Assembly: GCA_964345035.1 (NCBI GenBank)
Contig: CAYFPO010000003.1
Location: 6,800 to 70,799, forward strand
Direction: 5' to 3'
DNA: 64,000 nt
Origin: an uncultured bacterium
GTDB lineage: Bacteria > Fidelibacterota > Marinisomatia > SCGC-AAA003-L08 > GCA-002704045
Shown here: one piece after another, positions 9,925 to 20,754 of the stretch
Position numbering within the stretch: the first letter of the stretch is position 1
Layout of the letters: every line of letters starts with the position of its first letter
Program-made: the position numbers and the translations under genes
Notes under the pieces: generated by a model
What the model was told of the DNA's origin: nothing
What the model saw: only the letters and a program-made list of their open reading frames with translations
The model's database searches: none

Positions 9925-10410
9925 ATGGCTGAAATAGGATTTTATCTAATTGCTGCCATTACTGTCGCATCAGCATTTTGGGTTGTTGTTTCAATCCGTC
10001 TTATTCATTCTGCTGTAGCATTATTGTTTACGTTATTCGGTGTTGCAGGCTTATACATTTTTCTATTTGCTGATTTTTTGGCTGCTGCACAAGTTATTAT
10101 TTATGTTGGTGGAATATTGGTATTGATAATTTTCGGTGTGATGTTAACTTCCAAAATTGCGAACCCAGATATCAGCCATTCAAGCCGTGGTCAATTTATT
10201 GGGTCATTTTTTGGAATGATATTATTGGGATTGGTTGTATCTGTTGCAATGCGTACAGAATGGCCAATTGGTGAAATAACAAAAGTGGATGCAACCGTGA
10301 CAAAAATTGGTGATATGATATTAAATGAATATTTATTACCATTTGAAGTTGTATCTGTATTACTACTTGGTGCATTGATTGGTGCAGCGTTATTATCTAG
10401 AAGGGGATAA
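9925..10410 (+). CDS. nuoJ: NADH-quinone oxidoreductase subunit J
   Basis: 161-aa polytopic membrane protein in the nuoJ position, with FLAAAQVIIYVGGILVL and a ...VLLLGALIGA C-terminus. Confidence 0.85.
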   Translation: MAEIGFYLIAAITVASAFWVVVSIRLIHSAVALLFTLFGVAGLYIFLFADFLAAAQVIIYVGGILVLIIFGVMLTSKIANPDISHSSRGQFIGSFFGMILLGLVVSVAMRTEWPIGEITKVDATVTKIGDMILNEYLLPFEVVSVLLLGALIGAALLSRRG

Positions 10411-10411
10411 A

Positions 10412-10720
10412 TTGGATAGCTTATACTCATATTTAACAATAAGTTCAATTTTATTTTCTTTAGGAGTTTATGGAGTGATGACTAGGCGAAATGCTGTGGC
10501 AATACTTATGGGTATAGAATTAATTCTAAATGCATCAGGTTTAAATTTTGTAGCATTTAACAGGTTTTCTGGAATGCAGTCATTAGACGGACAGATTTTC
10601 ACTATTTTCATCATTGTAATTGCAGCAGCAGAAGCAGCGGTTGCATTGGCAATTATTATAAATTTATATAAGAATTATGAAACTGTGAATGTAGATAAAG
10701 CAGATTTAATGCAAGGATGA
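10412..10720 (+). CDS. nuoK: NADH-quinone oxidoreductase subunit K
   Basis: YLTISSILFSLGVYGVMTRRNAVAILMGIELILNA motif. TTG 10412 follows the nuoJ stop and an AAGGGGA SD sequence; the ORF track uses an overlapping TTG at 10379. Confidence 0.85.
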   Translation: MDSLYSYLTISSILFSLGVYGVMTRRNAVAILMGIELILNASGLNFVAFNRFSGMQSLDGQIFTIFIIVIAAAEAAVALAIIINLYKNYETVNVDKADLMQG

Positions 10721-12774
10721 TGGAAAACACAACCACAATAACAATATTAATTCTATTTCTACCTTTATTATCATTTATTTACCAAATATTTTTTGGAAAA
10801 ATACTCGGGAGAAATACACATTTCATTTCCTTGATTATTATGGGTATTGTTTTGGCATTGTCTGCAAGTGTATCATTGAATGCAGTATATACTGGCTCAG
10901 GAACTATTCTTGAAGTTTCTACAGTATGGTTTACTTCAGGTGACTTTCTCGTTGAATTAGGTTTCCATATTGATCATATTGCAGCATTGATGATTACTGT
11001 GGTTTCTCTAATCTCCTTTCTTGTTCATCTGTATTCCATTGAATATATGAGAGGTGATAAAAGATATTCACGATATTTTGGATATTTGGGAATATTTACA
11101 TTTTCAATGAATGGGATTGTTCTTGCTGATAGTTTGATAATGATGTATGTTTTCTGGGAGTTGGTTGGACTCAGTTCTTATCTTTTGATTGGATTCTGGT
11201 TTGAAAAGGATTCTGCAGCAAATGCCTGTAAAAAAGCATTCCTTACCAACAGAGTTGGGGATATCGGAATGTTCATTGGTATTATGATTTTATTTTTTCA
11301 TGTTGGATCATTTAATATTCTGGATATTTCTGAAGCAGTGAGGATTGGTTATTTTGATGGGAATCAAGTCTTATTGACAGTTGCAGGAATATTGATATTC
11401 ATGGGTGCTGTCGGTAAATCTGCCCAATTTCCGTTGCATATCTGGCTTCCAGATGCTATGGAAGGACCTACACCGGTTAGTGCACTAATCCATGCTGCGA
11501 CAATGGTTGCGGCAGGAGTGTATATGGTCATCCGAATATTTTCATTTCTTACCCCCGATGCATTACAATTTATAGCAGTTATTGGCGCAATAACCGCATT
11601 GATGGCAGCAATTATTGCTATCACACAAAATGATATTAAAAGAGTACTTGCATACTCAACTGTAAGTCAATTAGGATATATGATAATGGCTTTGGGCGTA
11701 GGTGCTTATCAGGCTGCATTTTTCCATCTTGTAACTCATGCAATGTTTAAGGCATGTCTGTTTTTGAATAGTGGTTCAGTAATTCATGCCATGCATCATA
11801 GCCTGCATAAATTAGATGACCATGCAACAGACCCGCAGGATATGAGAAATATGGGCGGACTTAATTCTAAGATGCCAATTACATATTGGACAATGTTGGT
11901 AGCAACTCTGGCAATATCCGGTATTCCTCTATTTTCTGGATTTCTCTCTAAAGATGCAATACTTGCGGGGACATTGGGATATTTTCACCATCACCATGGA
12001 TGGACAATTCTACTACCAATCGCAGGATTCGGAGCCGCAATCATTACAGCATTTTATATGTTTCGATTGATATTTATGACTTTTCATGGGAATCCAAAGG
12101 ACAAAAAAGTGTTAGAGCAGATACATGAATCACCTTTGGCAATGACATTCCCGTTAATATTACTCTCAGTGCTGAGTTTTGCTTTAGTATTTACCTTGCC
12201 GCATATTAATCCTTTCCACGCTGATGGATGGTTTACAGGATTAATTCCAATGTCAGAAAATTTTGCAGGACTTAACACGCAACAAGTTACTGAAGCAATT
12301 CACCATGCCCACAATCCTGCTATGATTATTTCACTCATCGTTGCTGCATTGGGAATACTCCTATCTATTTTTGTATATTTATTTAAAAAGATAGATGCAG
12401 GTTCACTAGCGAGAATCCTGAATACAATAGGATTATACAATTTATCGTTTAATAAATTTTATATTGATGAAATTTATAATTTATTCCTTTATAAGCCATT
12501 TTTACAGCTTACAAAAATATTTTCATGGATCGATTGGGAGTTTTACGATAGAATATTTATAAATGGCTGGGGTTGGATTACACTCCAAATATCCAAATTA
12601 TCAGGATATTCTGACTATCATTGGCTTGACCAGAAAATAGTAGATGGTTTTGCCAATTTAACTAAATTTACCAGTAAAAAACTGAGGTTAACACAAACCG
12701 GAGTCATTCAAAATTATGTATTAAGTGGAACTGTTGGTTTGATAATAATTTTCTTAATATTTCAAAATATTTAA
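10717..12774 (+). CDS. nuoL: NADH-quinone oxidoreductase subunit L
   Basis: 685-aa antiporter-like subunit with WELVGLSSYLLIGFW, GKSAQFPLHIWLPDAMEGPTPVSALIHAATMV and a C-terminal lateral-helix region. Confidence 0.95.
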   Translation: MMENTTTITILILFLPLLSFIYQIFFGKILGRNTHFISLIIMGIVLALSASVSLNAVYTGSGTILEVSTVWFTSGDFLVELGFHIDHIAALMITVVSLISFLVHLYSIEYMRGDKRYSRYFGYLGIFTFSMNGIVLADSLIMMYVFWELVGLSSYLLIGFWFEKDSAANACKKAFLTNRVGDIGMFIGIMILFFHVGSFNILDISEAVRIGYFDGNQVLLTVAGILIFMGAVGKSAQFPLHIWLPDAMEGPTPVSALIHAATMVAAGVYMVIRIFSFLTPDALQFIAVIGAITALMAAIIAITQNDIKRVLAYSTVSQLGYMIMALGVGAYQAAFFHLVTHAMFKACLFLNSGSVIHAMHHSLHKLDDHATDPQDMRNMGGLNSKMPITYWTMLVATLAISGIPLFSGFLSKDAILAGTLGYFHHHHGWTILLPIAGFGAAIITAFYMFRLIFMTFHGNPKDKKVLEQIHESPLAMTFPLILLSVLSFALVFTLPHINPFHADGWFTGLIPMSENFAGLNTQQVTEAIHHAHNPAMIISLIVAALGILLSIFVYLFKKIDAGSLARILNTIGLYNLSFNKFYIDEIYNLFLYKPFLQLTKIFSWIDWEFYDRIFINGWGWITLQISKLSGYSDYHWLDQKIVDGFANLTKFTSKKLRLTQTGVIQNYVLSGTVGLIIIFLIFQNI

Positions 12775-12786
12775 TCAGGACATAAT

Positions 12787-14355
12787 ATGACAAATATACT
12801 GACGTTATTAATTTTTATACCATCAATTGGAGCAGGTCTAATGGTTCTTCTCGCCTATTTAAGGAAAGAGAAGAATGATAATTTATACAAATGGATTGCT
12901 TTTGCTTCAACCGGGATCCAATTATTATTAACTATATGGCTTGTATTAAATTATGATTCAACAGGCGGAATCCAATTTGAAGAAAAATATTCCTGGATTT
13001 CTAAATTTAATATTGAGTACTATCTCGGTGTTGATGGATTAAGCATGCCAATGGTATTTTTGACATCGTTACTGTCATTTATTTGTGTTATTGCAAGTTG
13101 GAATATCAATAAATCTGTTTTGGGATATTTTTCTTTGTTTTTATTATTGGACACGGGAATGATGGGTGTATTTGTTTCATTGGATTTTTTCCTGTTCTAT
13201 GTTTTTTGGGAAGTGATGCTTCTTCCAATGTATTTTTTAATTGGTATATGGGGTGGACCACAAAGAATGTATGCTGCAATTAAGTTTTTCCTATATACTT
13301 TGTTTGGATCTGTATTTATGCTGTTAGCCATGCTTGCATTGTATTTCTATTCAGATCCACATACTTTTAATTTAATTACATTGATCCAGACTGCCCCCTC
13401 AATTGATGCAATTGTGTGGGGATTCCCACTTAAATATTTGATTTGGCTTGCATTATTTATTGGGTTTGCAATTAAGGTCCCCATTTTCCCATTTCATACA
13501 TGGTTGCCGCTGGCTCACGTAGAAGCACCAACTGCCGTATCAGTAATCCTTGCCGGTGTATTACTGAAGATGGGAACTTATGGATTGCTCAGGATCAGCT
13601 ACCCCTTATTACCGGATGAAGTATTTAATTTTGCTACAGCATTAGCAGTACTTGGTGTTATCAATATAATTTGGGGTGCTGCAAATGCTATCGCTCAAGT
13701 AGATTTGAAAAAGATGGTAGCATATTCATCAATTAGTCATATGGGATATGTTTTACTGGGTATGGCTGCAATTATTGGCGTAAACCGGTCAGGAGCAGAA
13801 GCTGGTATTAATGGCGCTGTGATGCAGATGTTTAATCACGGCACTATAACTGCAATGCTATTCCTTTTGGTGGGTGTTATTTATGACAGAGCACACCATC
13901 GTTATATAATTTATCCAAAAGATCATGAAAAGAGTGGTGAGCTTGGATTTGGCGGATTAAATTCAAAACTCCCCATTTATGGCGGATTCGTAGCACTTGC
14001 ATTCTTTGCAGGACTTGGTCTTCCTGCTTTATCCGGATTTATCAGTGAAGCGATGTGTTTTCTTGGCGGGTTCAGTGTATTCAAAACGTTAACAATCATT
14101 GGAACACTTGGAATTTTATTAAATGCAATTTATTTTCTTAGAGCCTATCAGCATATGTTTTTCGGAAAATTAAATGAAAATTATAATTCCCTCCAGGATA
14201 TGTCTGGCAGGGAACTTGTAACTTTGGTACCATTGGCAATTATTGTGATCATATTAGGAGTGTATCCAGCACCGTTATTGGATATGATTAGCCCAACGAT
14301 GGATAATCTAATTGATACTATACAAAATGCCTCATCATTATTAGGGATGAGATAA
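12787..14355 (+). CDS. nuoM: NADH-quinone oxidoreductase subunit M
   Basis: FWEVMLLPMYFLIGIWGG, KVPIFPFHTWLPLAHVEAPTAVSVILAGVLLKMG. Confidence 0.95.
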   Translation: MTNILTLLIFIPSIGAGLMVLLAYLRKEKNDNLYKWIAFASTGIQLLLTIWLVLNYDSTGGIQFEEKYSWISKFNIEYYLGVDGLSMPMVFLTSLLSFICVIASWNINKSVLGYFSLFLLLDTGMMGVFVSLDFFLFYVFWEVMLLPMYFLIGIWGGPQRMYAAIKFFLYTLFGSVFMLLAMLALYFYSDPHTFNLITLIQTAPSIDAIVWGFPLKYLIWLALFIGFAIKVPIFPFHTWLPLAHVEAPTAVSVILAGVLLKMGTYGLLRISYPLLPDEVFNFATALAVLGVINIIWGAANAIAQVDLKKMVAYSSISHMGYVLLGMAAIIGVNRSGAEAGINGAVMQMFNHGTITAMLFLLVGVIYDRAHHRYIIYPKDHEKSGELGFGGLNSKLPIYGGFVALAFFAGLGLPALSGFISEAMCFLGGFSVFKTLTIIGTLGILLNAIYFLRAYQHMFFGKLNENYNSLQDMSGRELVTLVPLAIIVIILGVYPAPLLDMISPTMDNLIDTIQNASSLLGMR

Positions 14356-14356
14356 A

Positions 14357-15823
14357 TTGAGTAATCTTTCCAGTCTTATTTACTTTTTACCTGAATTATT
14401 CCTAGTAGTAATTGCATTATTTGTATTCCTGAGTGATCTTAGTAATGAACTAAAATATTATACTTTTCATTTTACTGTTTTTGGAATAATAGGTGCTGGG
14501 TTCCTTTTATTTTTAAGTCAAGGGTACCAAATGTCTCTATTTATGGGTATGATTACCCTTGACCCATTTTCACATTTCTTTAAATGGTTATTTCTCATTG
14601 CTACCGCACTTGTTGTAATTGTTTCGAGATATACAAAAGAGCTGGAAGGAATATTTAAAGGTGAATACTATGGATTAATTTTAATTCTACTATTTGGATT
14701 ATTTTTAATGGCATCCTCCACAAATTTATTAATGATTGTTCTTGCAATCGAGACAGTCAGTATTTCTTCATATATCCTTGCAGGCATGCTGAAATCTGAC
14801 AGGAAATCAAATGAATCAGCATTGAAATATGTTATTTTCGGAGCATTTGCCTCCGGGTTAATGTTATATGGTATGAGCTGGTTGTATGGATATGCAGGGT
14901 CAACAGATATTTACAGAATACATCAATCATTAATCGGAATGGAAGATCCCTTTATAATTTATATGTCCATCGTGATGATACTTGCAGGATTTGGATATAA
15001 GATTGCCATGGTTCCGTTCCATTATTGGTCTCCGGATGTTTATGAAGGAGCACCAACACCAATCACAGCATTTTTCTCGGTTGCACCTAAAGCAGCTGGA
15101 TTTGCGCTGTTGATTAGAGTATTTTCTATGATGTTTACTGATATAAATGCTGGTGTGTTAAGCGGTGTTTCTGGGGTAGATTGGACTTCAATTGTGGCAG
15201 TATTATCTGCAGTGACAATGACTGTAGGTAATATTCTTGCTCTCCAACAGGACAATGTAAAAAGAATGTTAGCATATTCCAGTATTGCTCATGCAGGATA
15301 TATGCTTATGGCAGTCTGTATTTCATCGAACAGTGCAATTATTGCAGTTATGTTTTATCTCTTAATTTATGTATTTATGAATCTAGGTGCATTTTTTGTG
15401 GCAATATTCGCTGCAAATACATTAGATGCACACAACGTAGAAGATTTTAACGGATTAGGTAAAAAATCTCCCTTAATTGGAGCATCAATGGTAATATTCC
15501 TTTTATCATTAACTGGAATTCCACCCACTGCCGGCTTTATTGGCAAAGTATATTTATTTTCTGCTTTGATTTCAAGTCATCAGTTTTATTGGTTAGCGAT
15601 GATTGCAATAATAAATACTGTTATGTCATTGTTTTATTATTTTAGAATCGCAAAAAGTATGTATTTTGAACATTCTTCTAATGACACGGAACCAATTAAT
15701 GCACATCCTGCAATTTTAGGTGCAATATTAGTCTGTGTTATCCCTACTACATTACTTATCATAAATTGGAATCCGCTATATAGATTTATTGAATCTTCTA
15801 TTTTAATCATGATTGGAGTTTAA
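14357..15823 (+). CDS. nuoN: NADH-quinone oxidoreductase subunit N
   Basis: YKIAMVPFHYWSPDVYEGAPTPITAF and KRMLAYSSIAHAGYM motifs; last gene of the nuo cluster. Confidence 0.9.
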   Translation: MSNLSSLIYFLPELFLVVIALFVFLSDLSNELKYYTFHFTVFGIIGAGFLLFLSQGYQMSLFMGMITLDPFSHFFKWLFLIATALVVIVSRYTKELEGIFKGEYYGLILILLFGLFLMASSTNLLMIVLAIETVSISSYILAGMLKSDRKSNESALKYVIFGAFASGLMLYGMSWLYGYAGSTDIYRIHQSLIGMEDPFIIYMSIVMILAGFGYKIAMVPFHYWSPDVYEGAPTPITAFFSVAPKAAGFALLIRVFSMMFTDINAGVLSGVSGVDWTSIVAVLSAVTMTVGNILALQQDNVKRMLAYSSIAHAGYMLMAVCISSNSAIIAVMFYLLIYVFMNLGAFFVAIFAANTLDAHNVEDFNGLGKKSPLIGASMVIFLLSLTGIPPTAGFIGKVYLFSALISSHQFYWLAMIAIINTVMSLFYYFRIAKSMYFEHSSNDTEPINAHPAILGAILVCVIPTTLLIINWNPLYRFIESSILIMIGV

Positions 15824-15828
15824 TTACG

Positions 15829-16299
15829 GTGGTTAATCGACCTGTTCAGGATTCTCAGGTTGTTATGCATGAAATAGTCCTCCCCAATGATGCGAATATA
15901 ATTGGAAATATACTCGGCGGGAGAGTTATGCATTTAATGGATATTTGTGCTGCAATGACCGCAGCCAAACATACCAGGAAACAAGTTGTAACTGCATCTG
16001 TGGACAGGTTGGATTTTCTTGCACCCGCCAAAGTCGGTGATATTCTCATTTTAAAATCTTCCGTGAATTATTGTGGAAAATCATCATTGGAAGTGGGTGT
16101 CCGGATTGAATCTGAAGATAGATTAACTGGAAACGTCAAACATACTGCTTCAGCATACCTTACTTTTGTTGCGATTAATGAAAATGGCAAACCAGTTAAA
16201 GTACAACAGGTTATCCCAAATTCCGATATTGAAAAGAGAAGATTCTCTCAAGGTAAAAATAGATACGAGACTAGAAAACAAAGAAGAAAAGAATTCTAA
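15829..16299 (+). CDS. Acyl-CoA thioesterase, hotdog fold (YciA/BFIT-like)
   Basis: VLPNDANIIGNILGGRVMHLMD...ASVDRLDFLAPAKVGD pattern typical of hotdog acyl-CoA hydrolases. Confidence 0.7.
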   Translation: MVNRPVQDSQVVMHEIVLPNDANIIGNILGGRVMHLMDICAAMTAAKHTRKQVVTASVDRLDFLAPAKVGDILILKSSVNYCGKSSLEVGVRIESEDRLTGNVKHTASAYLTFVAINENGKPVKVQQVIPNSDIEKRRFSQGKNRYETRKQRRKEF

Positions 16300-17654
16300 T
16301 GGTAGACTTTAAAATAAAAAAAGGTCATAATATACCATTGGCAGGAAAGCCAAAAAAAATAGTAGTAAAATTTTCTGAACCTGCTTCAATTATAATACAC
16401 CCACACAAAATTAAAGGAATAAAACCCAAATTATTAATAAAGGAGGGTGACTTTATTAAAACAGGAGCACCTTTATTTATCGATAAAAATTTTCCAGATG
16501 TTCAATTTACATCTCCTTCAACTGGATATATTAAGTCCATTAAATTTGGACCAAGACGGATAATTGAAAAAATAAGCATTGAAAACAATTATGGTGAAGA
16601 AAATTTTTCTGAATTTAATGTATATTCAGACAATGATATTCTAAAGATCGAAAAAACTACTCTGATTAATGAGTTAACAACATCAGGTGCCTGGACATAC
16701 ATTAGACAGAGACCATATTCAAAAATTGCTAATCCAATGGATTCACCAAAATCTATTTTTGTATCTGGATTTAATACAGCACCACACGCACCTGATATCG
16801 ATTTTCTTATTGAACAAAATTCTACCGGATTACAGGCGGGGATAAATGCAATGACTAAATTGACTGAAGGGAACATCAATTTATCAATTTCGAATCACAA
16901 TATGAATGATAACTTGCATAGCTTAAATAATGTGGAATTACATACCTTTTCAGGTCCACATCCAGCGGGGAATATTGGGATACAAGTTCACCATATTGAC
17001 CCAATAAAAATCGGTGAACTGATTTGGTATATTGATATACAGGATTTAATGTCCATTGGTAACCAGCTATTAACAGGAAAACCTCAAGTCTATAAATATA
17101 TTACAGTATCCGGTGAAAAAGTAAAATCACCTTCCTATTTAAAAGTTAGGAGAAATACTAGTTTAGATTCAGTTTTGAATGACAAGCTGGATTCCGGAGA
17201 CTGTCGTATTATCTCTGGAGATATATTAACCGGAGAAAAAACTAAAAAAAGTAATGGTCTTGGCTATTATGATTCACAAATCACAGTAATTCCTGAAGGA
17301 GGGGATAGGGAATTTTTGGGTTGGATTAAACCAGGATTTAACAAATACTCACTATCAAATACATTTTTATCAAAATTCAAATTAAGATCAGAATGGTCAT
17401 TAAACACTTCAAAAAATGGATCACCAAGAGCGATCATTCCATTTGGCTACTGGGAAAATGTATTACCAATGGATATACTACCACAGTATCTTGTTAAAAG
17501 TATCCTTGCAAGGGATATTGAAGAAATGGAACAATTGGGTATTTATGAATGTGATCCGGAAGATTTTGCATTGTGTTCATTTGTATGCCAATCAAAATTT
17601 CCAGTACATCGTGTGATCAATGATGGCTTAGATTTTATAGAGATGGAAGGATAA
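16299..17654 (+). CDS. nqrA: Na+-translocating NADH:quinone reductase subunit A
   Basis: N-terminus IKKGHNIPLAGKP, 451 aa, first gene of an nqrABCDEF series. Confidence 0.9.
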   Translation: MVDFKIKKGHNIPLAGKPKKIVVKFSEPASIIIHPHKIKGIKPKLLIKEGDFIKTGAPLFIDKNFPDVQFTSPSTGYIKSIKFGPRRIIEKISIENNYGEENFSEFNVYSDNDILKIEKTTLINELTTSGAWTYIRQRPYSKIANPMDSPKSIFVSGFNTAPHAPDIDFLIEQNSTGLQAGINAMTKLTEGNINLSISNHNMNDNLHSLNNVELHTFSGPHPAGNIGIQVHHIDPIKIGELIWYIDIQDLMSIGNQLLTGKPQVYKYITVSGEKVKSPSYLKVRRNTSLDSVLNDKLDSGDCRIISGDILTGEKTKKSNGLGYYDSQITVIPEGGDREFLGWIKPGFNKYSLSNTFLSKFKLRSEWSLNTSKNGSPRAIIPFGYWENVLPMDILPQYLVKSILARDIEEMEQLGIYECDPEDFALCSFVCQSKFPVHRVINDGLDFIEMEG

Positions 17655-17660
17655 TTTCAA

Positions 17661-18800
17661 TTGCTGCGTAAAAAACTGGATCAATTAAAACCACATTTTG
17701 ATATTGGGGGGAAATTAGAAAAATATTATCCTATCTATGATATGATAGATTCTTTTCTCTATACACCTGACACTAAAACCTCCGATGCTCCACATATCCG
17801 TGATGCCATTGATTTGAAGAGGTCAATGGTGTTTGTTGTAATTGCAATGATTCCCGTCATATTATTTGGTATTTTTAATGTTGGATACCAACAAGATCCG
17901 AATAGGGCAATTTTTGATAACTTTATTATCGGTTTACAAGTTGTTGTTCCGATTATAATTGTTTCCTATAGTGTGGGTGGATTATGGGAAATCTTATTTG
18001 CGATCGTCAGAAAACATGAAGTGAATGAAGGATTTTTAGTTACTGGGATGCTAATACCGATGGTAATGCCACCTACGATTCCTTTATGGATGGTTGCAGT
18101 AGCTACATCCTTTGGTGTTGTAATTGGGAAAGAAATTTTTGGAGGAACAGGGTATAATATATTTAATCCAGCTTTGGTAGCAAGGGCATTTATATTTTTT
18201 GCCTATCCGGCACAAATTTCTGGTGATTTGGTGTGGAAGGTTGATGGTATTTCAGCAGCTACACCACTCCTGACGGCAGCATCAGAACAAGGAACAACTG
18301 CATTACAGTTACTAAATGATAATTTTACATTTTTAGATATGTTTTACGGATTTATACCTGGCTCAATTGGAGAGACATCAACATTGGCATGCCTTCTTGG
18401 CGGTTTCTTTTTATTGATTACAAGAATCGGAAACTGGAGAATTATGTCGGGAGTAATCCTGGGAATGATATTCACCGCATTCCTGACAAATCAATTAGCA
18501 GAACATAGTACAAATCCTATGTTATCGTTACCCCCTCATTATCATTTTGTTATGGGAGGGTTTGCATTTGGTATGGTTTATATGGCGACTGAACCGGTAA
18601 CTGGTGCGCATACCAACCCTGGAAGATGGATATATGGTTTTCTTATAGGTTTTCTAGTTGTTATTATTCGTGCAATTAATCCTGCATATCCGGAAGGAAT
18701 GATGTTATCAATTTTATTTGCAAATGCCTTTGCACCTCTGATTGATTATTTTATTATACAGAAACATATTAGGAAAAGACAATCTAGATATGCACACTGA
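17661..18800 (+). CDS. nqrB: Na+-NQR subunit B
   Basis: Polytopic membrane protein with GKEIFGGTGYNIFNPALVARAF and DGISAATPL; the family's FMN-attachment Thr lies in the SGAT-type motif. Confidence 0.9.
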   Translation: MLRKKLDQLKPHFDIGGKLEKYYPIYDMIDSFLYTPDTKTSDAPHIRDAIDLKRSMVFVVIAMIPVILFGIFNVGYQQDPNRAIFDNFIIGLQVVVPIIIVSYSVGGLWEILFAIVRKHEVNEGFLVTGMLIPMVMPPTIPLWMVAVATSFGVVIGKEIFGGTGYNIFNPALVARAFIFFAYPAQISGDLVWKVDGISAATPLLTAASEQGTTALQLLNDNFTFLDMFYGFIPGSIGETSTLACLLGGFFLLITRIGNWRIMSGVILGMIFTAFLTNQLAEHSTNPMLSLPPHYHFVMGGFAFGMVYMATEPVTGAHTNPGRWIYGFLIGFLVVIIRAINPAYPEGMMLSILFANAFAPLIDYFIIQKHIRKRQSRYAH

Positions 18801-19506
18801 TTTCCAAACATATAGATTTGTGTTATTAATTTCTATTATTGCAGCATTTCTGCTTTCAATAACATCAACAACTTTATCTGATTTACAAGATTTTAATATA
18901 GAAGTAGACAGAAAGAAAAATGTCCTTAAATGTGTTGGTATGGACCTTTCCGGGATGAATTCTGAAGATATAGTAACTTCCTATAATTCTGTTATTCAGG
19001 AAAAAGTAATTTCGTTAGATGGTAATAATACAAAATTATCTATGGATGATGTAACTGTATTGGAAAATAAATCAACTGGTCAATTGAATTATGAATTCCA
19101 TCAAACTGAATATCTCCCAATTTACGAATTTCGTTTGAACAATATTTTACAAGCATATATCTTTCCGATTTCTGGTAAAGGACTTTGGTCAACTTTATAT
19201 GGTTATATTGCCCTTGCAACTGATTTAAATACAGTGAAGGGGATTACATTTTATAAACATAAAGAAACAGCTGGACTGGGAGGAGAAGTTGATAAAGAAT
19301 GGTTTCAATCCAATTTTTCAGGAAAGAAAATTTTCAATAAAACAGGTGAATTAACCTCTATTAAAGTTGTAAAGGGTGTAGCATCTGGGAGTGATTTAGA
19401 ACATAAAGTAGATGGAATTAGTGGTGCTACAATGACGTGCAGTGGATTAACTAAATTTTTGTACAACGATCTGGAAAGATATCTTCCATTTATCAATTTA
19501 AAATAA
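18790..19506 (+). CDS. nqrC: Na+-NQR subunit C
   Basis: Single N-terminal TM segment, ETAGLGGEV, and the DGISGATMT FMN-attachment motif. ATG 18790 overlaps the nqrB end; the ORF track begins at 18742. Confidence 0.85.
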   Translation: MHTDFQTYRFVLLISIIAAFLLSITSTTLSDLQDFNIEVDRKKNVLKCVGMDLSGMNSEDIVTSYNSVIQEKVISLDGNNTKLSMDDVTVLENKSTGQLNYEFHQTEYLPIYEFRLNNILQAYIFPISGKGLWSTLYGYIALATDLNTVKGITFYKHKETAGLGGEVDKEWFQSNFSGKKIFNKTGELTSIKVVKGVASGSDLEHKVDGISGATMTCSGLTKFLYNDLERYLPFINLK

Positions 19507-19512
19507 AATAAT

Positions 19513-20124
19513 ATGAAAGCAAAAAGTATATTTACCGATCCGCTGATTCATAATAATCCTATTACCAAACAAGTTTTGGGAATATGTTCCGCCCTTGCAG
19601 TGACTGTTAAATTGGAAACAGCGATTGCAATGGCAATTTCTGTTACATTTGTATTAACCTGCTCTAATTTTGTTATATCATTGATAAGAGCATTGATACC
19701 CTCAAAAGTAAGGATCATTATTCAGCTCACAGTTATCGCTTCCTTGGTTATTTTGGTGGATGAAGTATTACGGGCATATTTGTATGATATAAGTAAACAG
19801 CTGACAGTTTTTGTAGGTTTAATTATAACAAACTGTATAATTATGGGAAGAGCAGAAGCGTTTGCAATGCAAAATGATTTATGGGATTCTGTTAAAGATG
19901 GATTTGGTAATGCATTTGGTTATAGCATCATATTAATTGGTGTATCCTTTTTTAGAGAATTATTAGGGAGTGGCTCCATCTTTGGCTATGATATTTTGCC
20001 TGATTTAGTATATAAGAATGGTTATGTTAATAATGGATTAATGTTGCTTGCTCCTGGTGCATTTATAGTATTGGGCTTAATAGCGTGGCTTCAGGGGACA
20101 ATCACAGGTAATACAGAGGAATAA
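19513..20124 (+). CDS. nqrD: Na+-NQR subunit D
   Basis: NPITKQVLGICSALAVT and ITNCIIMGRAEAFA motifs (NqrD/RnfE family). Confidence 0.9.
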   Translation: MKAKSIFTDPLIHNNPITKQVLGICSALAVTVKLETAIAMAISVTFVLTCSNFVISLIRALIPSKVRIIIQLTVIASLVILVDEVLRAYLYDISKQLTVFVGLIITNCIIMGRAEAFAMQNDLWDSVKDGFGNAFGYSIILIGVSFFRELLGSGSIFGYDILPDLVYKNGYVNNGLMLLAPGAFIVLGLIAWLQGTITGNTEE

Positions 20125-20751
20125 TTGGAAATATTAGAACATTATTTAAATCTTGCAACTAAAGCAATATTTGTTGAGAATATACTCTTGGCTTATTTTC
20201 TGGGTATGTGTTCCTTCCTGGCCATATCTAAAAAAGTTGAAACCTCAATAGGATTAGGTCTTGCAGTTATTGTAGTTAACGGAATAACCGTGCCGATCAA
20301 CTATGTAATTAAAAATTATTTACTGGATGCAGGTGCGTTAAGCTGGATAGGTTTATCTCAATTAAATGAAATTAATTTATCATTTTTAACATTTATTACC
20401 TTTATAGCAACTATAGCTGCTATGGTTCAATTAGTTGAGATGACATTATATAAGTTTAGTCAAAAATTATACAATGCTCTCGGAATATTTCTCCCTCTGA
20501 TCGCTGTAAATTGTGCAATACTCGGTGCATCATTATTAATGAATGAACGTGGATATAATTTTGTTGAATCCTGTGTTTATGGAGTCAGCACTGGTACAGG
20601 ATGGGCAATGGCAATAGTCACAATGGCAGCAATTCGGTATAGATTAAGGTATTCTAATGTACCAAATGGATTAAGAGGTATAGGAATTACTATGATTTTA
20701 ACCGGATTAATCTCTATGGCGTATTTATCATTCTCAGGAATTAATCTTTAA
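20125..20751 (+). CDS. nqrE: Na+-NQR subunit E
   Basis: ENILLAYFLGMCSFLA and IAVNCAILGA motifs (NqrE/RnfA family). Confidence 0.9.
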   Translation: MEILEHYLNLATKAIFVENILLAYFLGMCSFLAISKKVETSIGLGLAVIVVNGITVPINYVIKNYLLDAGALSWIGLSQLNEINLSFLTFITFIATIAAMVQLVEMTLYKFSQKLYNALGIFLPLIAVNCAILGASLLMNERGYNFVESCVYGVSTGTGWAMAIVTMAAIRYRLRYSNVPNGLRGIGITMILTGLISMAYLSFSGINL

Positions 20752-20754
20752 AAT

